From: Thermoanaerobaculia bacterium
Lineage (GTDB): Bacteria; Acidobacteriota; Thermoanaerobaculia; Gp7-AA8
Length of the DNA: 64,000 nt
Direction of reading: 5' to 3'
NCBI GenBank assembly: GCA_963715895.1
Contig: OY970284.1
Span: 5,167,600 to 5,231,599, forward strand
Numbering within the stretch: position 1 is the stretch's first letter; each line of letters begins with the position of its first letter. A model generated the notes under the pieces. It ran no database searches and had not been told where the DNA came from. It saw only the letters and a list, made by a program, of their open reading frames with translations. This document shows positions 62,974-64,000 of this stretch, piece after piece. A program made the translations under genes and the position numbers.

Positions 62974-63767
62974 TGGTCATGACACGATTCGTTGCCGCGC
63001 TCGCGATCAGCCTCGGCATGGCCACATCCTGCCTTGCCGGGGACACGCTCGCCGACGCACTCAGGATCATCCAGAGCAAGGAGATCGTCGATCTCACGCA
63101 CACCTTCAGCGCGGCCACGCCGGTGTGGAGCGGCTTCGGACCAGCCACGATGAGCGCCGCGTGCGATCCGAAAACCCACAACCCCTACACGATCGAGCAC
63201 GACGGCTTCCGCACGACGTTCTATTCGATGGTGGGGCAGTACGGCACGCACGTCGATCCGCCGGCGCATTTCCGCGCCGACGGCATGACCATGGACGAGA
63301 TTCCGCTGAAGCAGATGATCCTGCCGCTGGTCGTTTTCGACATCACGCCGTTGCTGCCGAAGGATCCGAATCACGCCCTCACCATCGACGACATCAAGGC
63401 GTGGGAAAAGGAGCACGGCACGGTCCCGGCCGGCGCATTCGCCGCGCTGCGCACGGACATGAGCAGAGACTGGACGGCTAATCCCGAGCGCTTCAAGCGC
63501 TCGCCGTTCCCGGCGTGGTCGCTTGCCGCCATCAAGTTTCTATTCGAAGAGCGGAAAGTAACGGCGATCGGACACGAGTCACTCGACACCGACACGACGG
63601 AGTCGATGGATTCGGAGACGTGGATCCTGAAGCAGAATCACTATCAGATCGAGGCCATGGCCAATCTCGATAAGGTGCCGCCTGCCGGCGCCGTCATCGT
63701 CGTCACCTGGCCAAAGGTGGAGCATGGCGTCGGCTTTCCGGCGCGGGCGTTTGCGATCCTGCCGTGA
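62973..63767 (+). CDS. Cyclase family protein (kynurenine formamidase-like), secreted
   Basis: The motifs VDLTHTF and YGTHVDPPAHF (HxGTHxDxPxH type) are present, with a signal-like N-terminus. The ATG overlaps the upstream stop (TGATG). Confidence 0.8.
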   Translation: MVMTRFVAALAISLGMATSCLAGDTLADALRIIQSKEIVDLTHTFSAATPVWSGFGPATMSAACDPKTHNPYTIEHDGFRTTFYSMVGQYGTHVDPPAHFRADGMTMDEIPLKQMILPLVVFDITPLLPKDPNHALTIDDIKAWEKEHGTVPAGAFAALRTDMSRDWTANPERFKRSPFPAWSLAAIKFLFEERKVTAIGHESLDTDTTESMDSETWILKQNHYQIEAMANLDKVPPAGAVIVVTWPKVEHGVGFPARAFAILP

Positions 63768-63770
63768 GGC

Positions 63771-63795
63771 GTTCTCGGTTATCGGTTATCGGTCA
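63771..63795. repeat. Solo arm of the CGGTTRT heptamer element
   Basis: GCGTTCTCGGTTATCGGTTATCGGT lies between convergent genes. No complementary arm is visible nearby. Confidence 0.6.
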
Positions 63796-64000
63796 GCTCT
63801 TCCGGACTCGGTAGCCGAGGCGCTCGAGCTCGGCGGCGACGCGCGCGGCGTGATCGCCCTGGATCTCGATCTCGCCGTCTCCTGCCGTGCCGCCGGCACC
63901 GCATCGTTTTTTCAACGACGCCGCCAGATCCGACAGCGAGTCAGCCGTCAACTGGAATCCGCTGGCGATGGTCACGCTCTTTCCCGCGCGGCGCTTGCGG
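63793..64000 (-). CDS. yciH: SUI1/YciH family translation initiation factor, 5'-truncated by the window end
   Basis: LKKRCGAGGTAGDGEIEIQGDHAARVAAELERLGYRVR is the SUI1 C-terminal signature. The frame stays open to nt 64000. Confidence 0.85.
   Translation of the reverse strand, partial: RKRRAGKSVTIASGFQLTADSLSDLAASLKKRCGAGGTAGDGEIEIQGDHAARVAAELERLGYRVRKS

Overview
High-GC bacterial chromosomal segment. By inference it is Acidobacteriota-like, based on a giant CarboxypepD_reg-type repeat protein and the gene content. It is mostly housekeeping and metabolic operons:
- a liv-type branched-chain amino-acid ABC operon
- a sugar ABC operon
- a selenocysteine-containing formate dehydrogenase cluster, fdnGHI-fdhE...fdhD
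- ribD/ribE
- aroDE-trpE
- ALDH/AKR
- a propionyl/acetyl-CoA synthetase-like gene
- HtrA

The most interesting feature is a complete lasso-peptide biosynthetic cluster at about 59.6-62.1 kb: PqqD-like B1, transglutaminase-like B2, Asn-synthetase-like cyclase C. Its 48-aa precursor gene (61962..62108) is absent from the ORF track because it is under 60 aa. The leader matches the Y-17/P-14/(L/I)-12/G-8/T-2 recognition pattern, and the predicted core is GKPMGGWPDDFEQFIKPQPPYC. A sulfotransferase-like gene and an unknown 390-aa protein lie next to the cluster.

Other notable structure:
- A dense family of intergenic hairpin elements whose arms are tandem 7-8 nt units (CGGTTGT/CGGTTAT, GAATGTT, GGRTTGCT). 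There are at least 9 loci, two of them inside the liv operon.
- A second palindromic family built around GGCGTCTCGCC.
- A 21-bp minisatellite of about 20 copies, bracketed by a 23-bp duplication of the ribE 3' end.
- A RelE/ParE-type toxin-antitoxin pair plus a decayed HicB-like remnant, inserted between ribD and ribE.
- An IS110-family element with a structured non-coding leader (bridge-RNA candidate) and a 35-bp perfect inverted repeat downstream.
- A small AT-richer islet carrying a TIR-like (COG4271/PF10137-like) protein with a tightly coupled 54-aa upstream ORF.

No rRNA, tRNA or CRISPR array was found. Many long ORFs in the track are antisense or out-of-frame artefacts of high GC.
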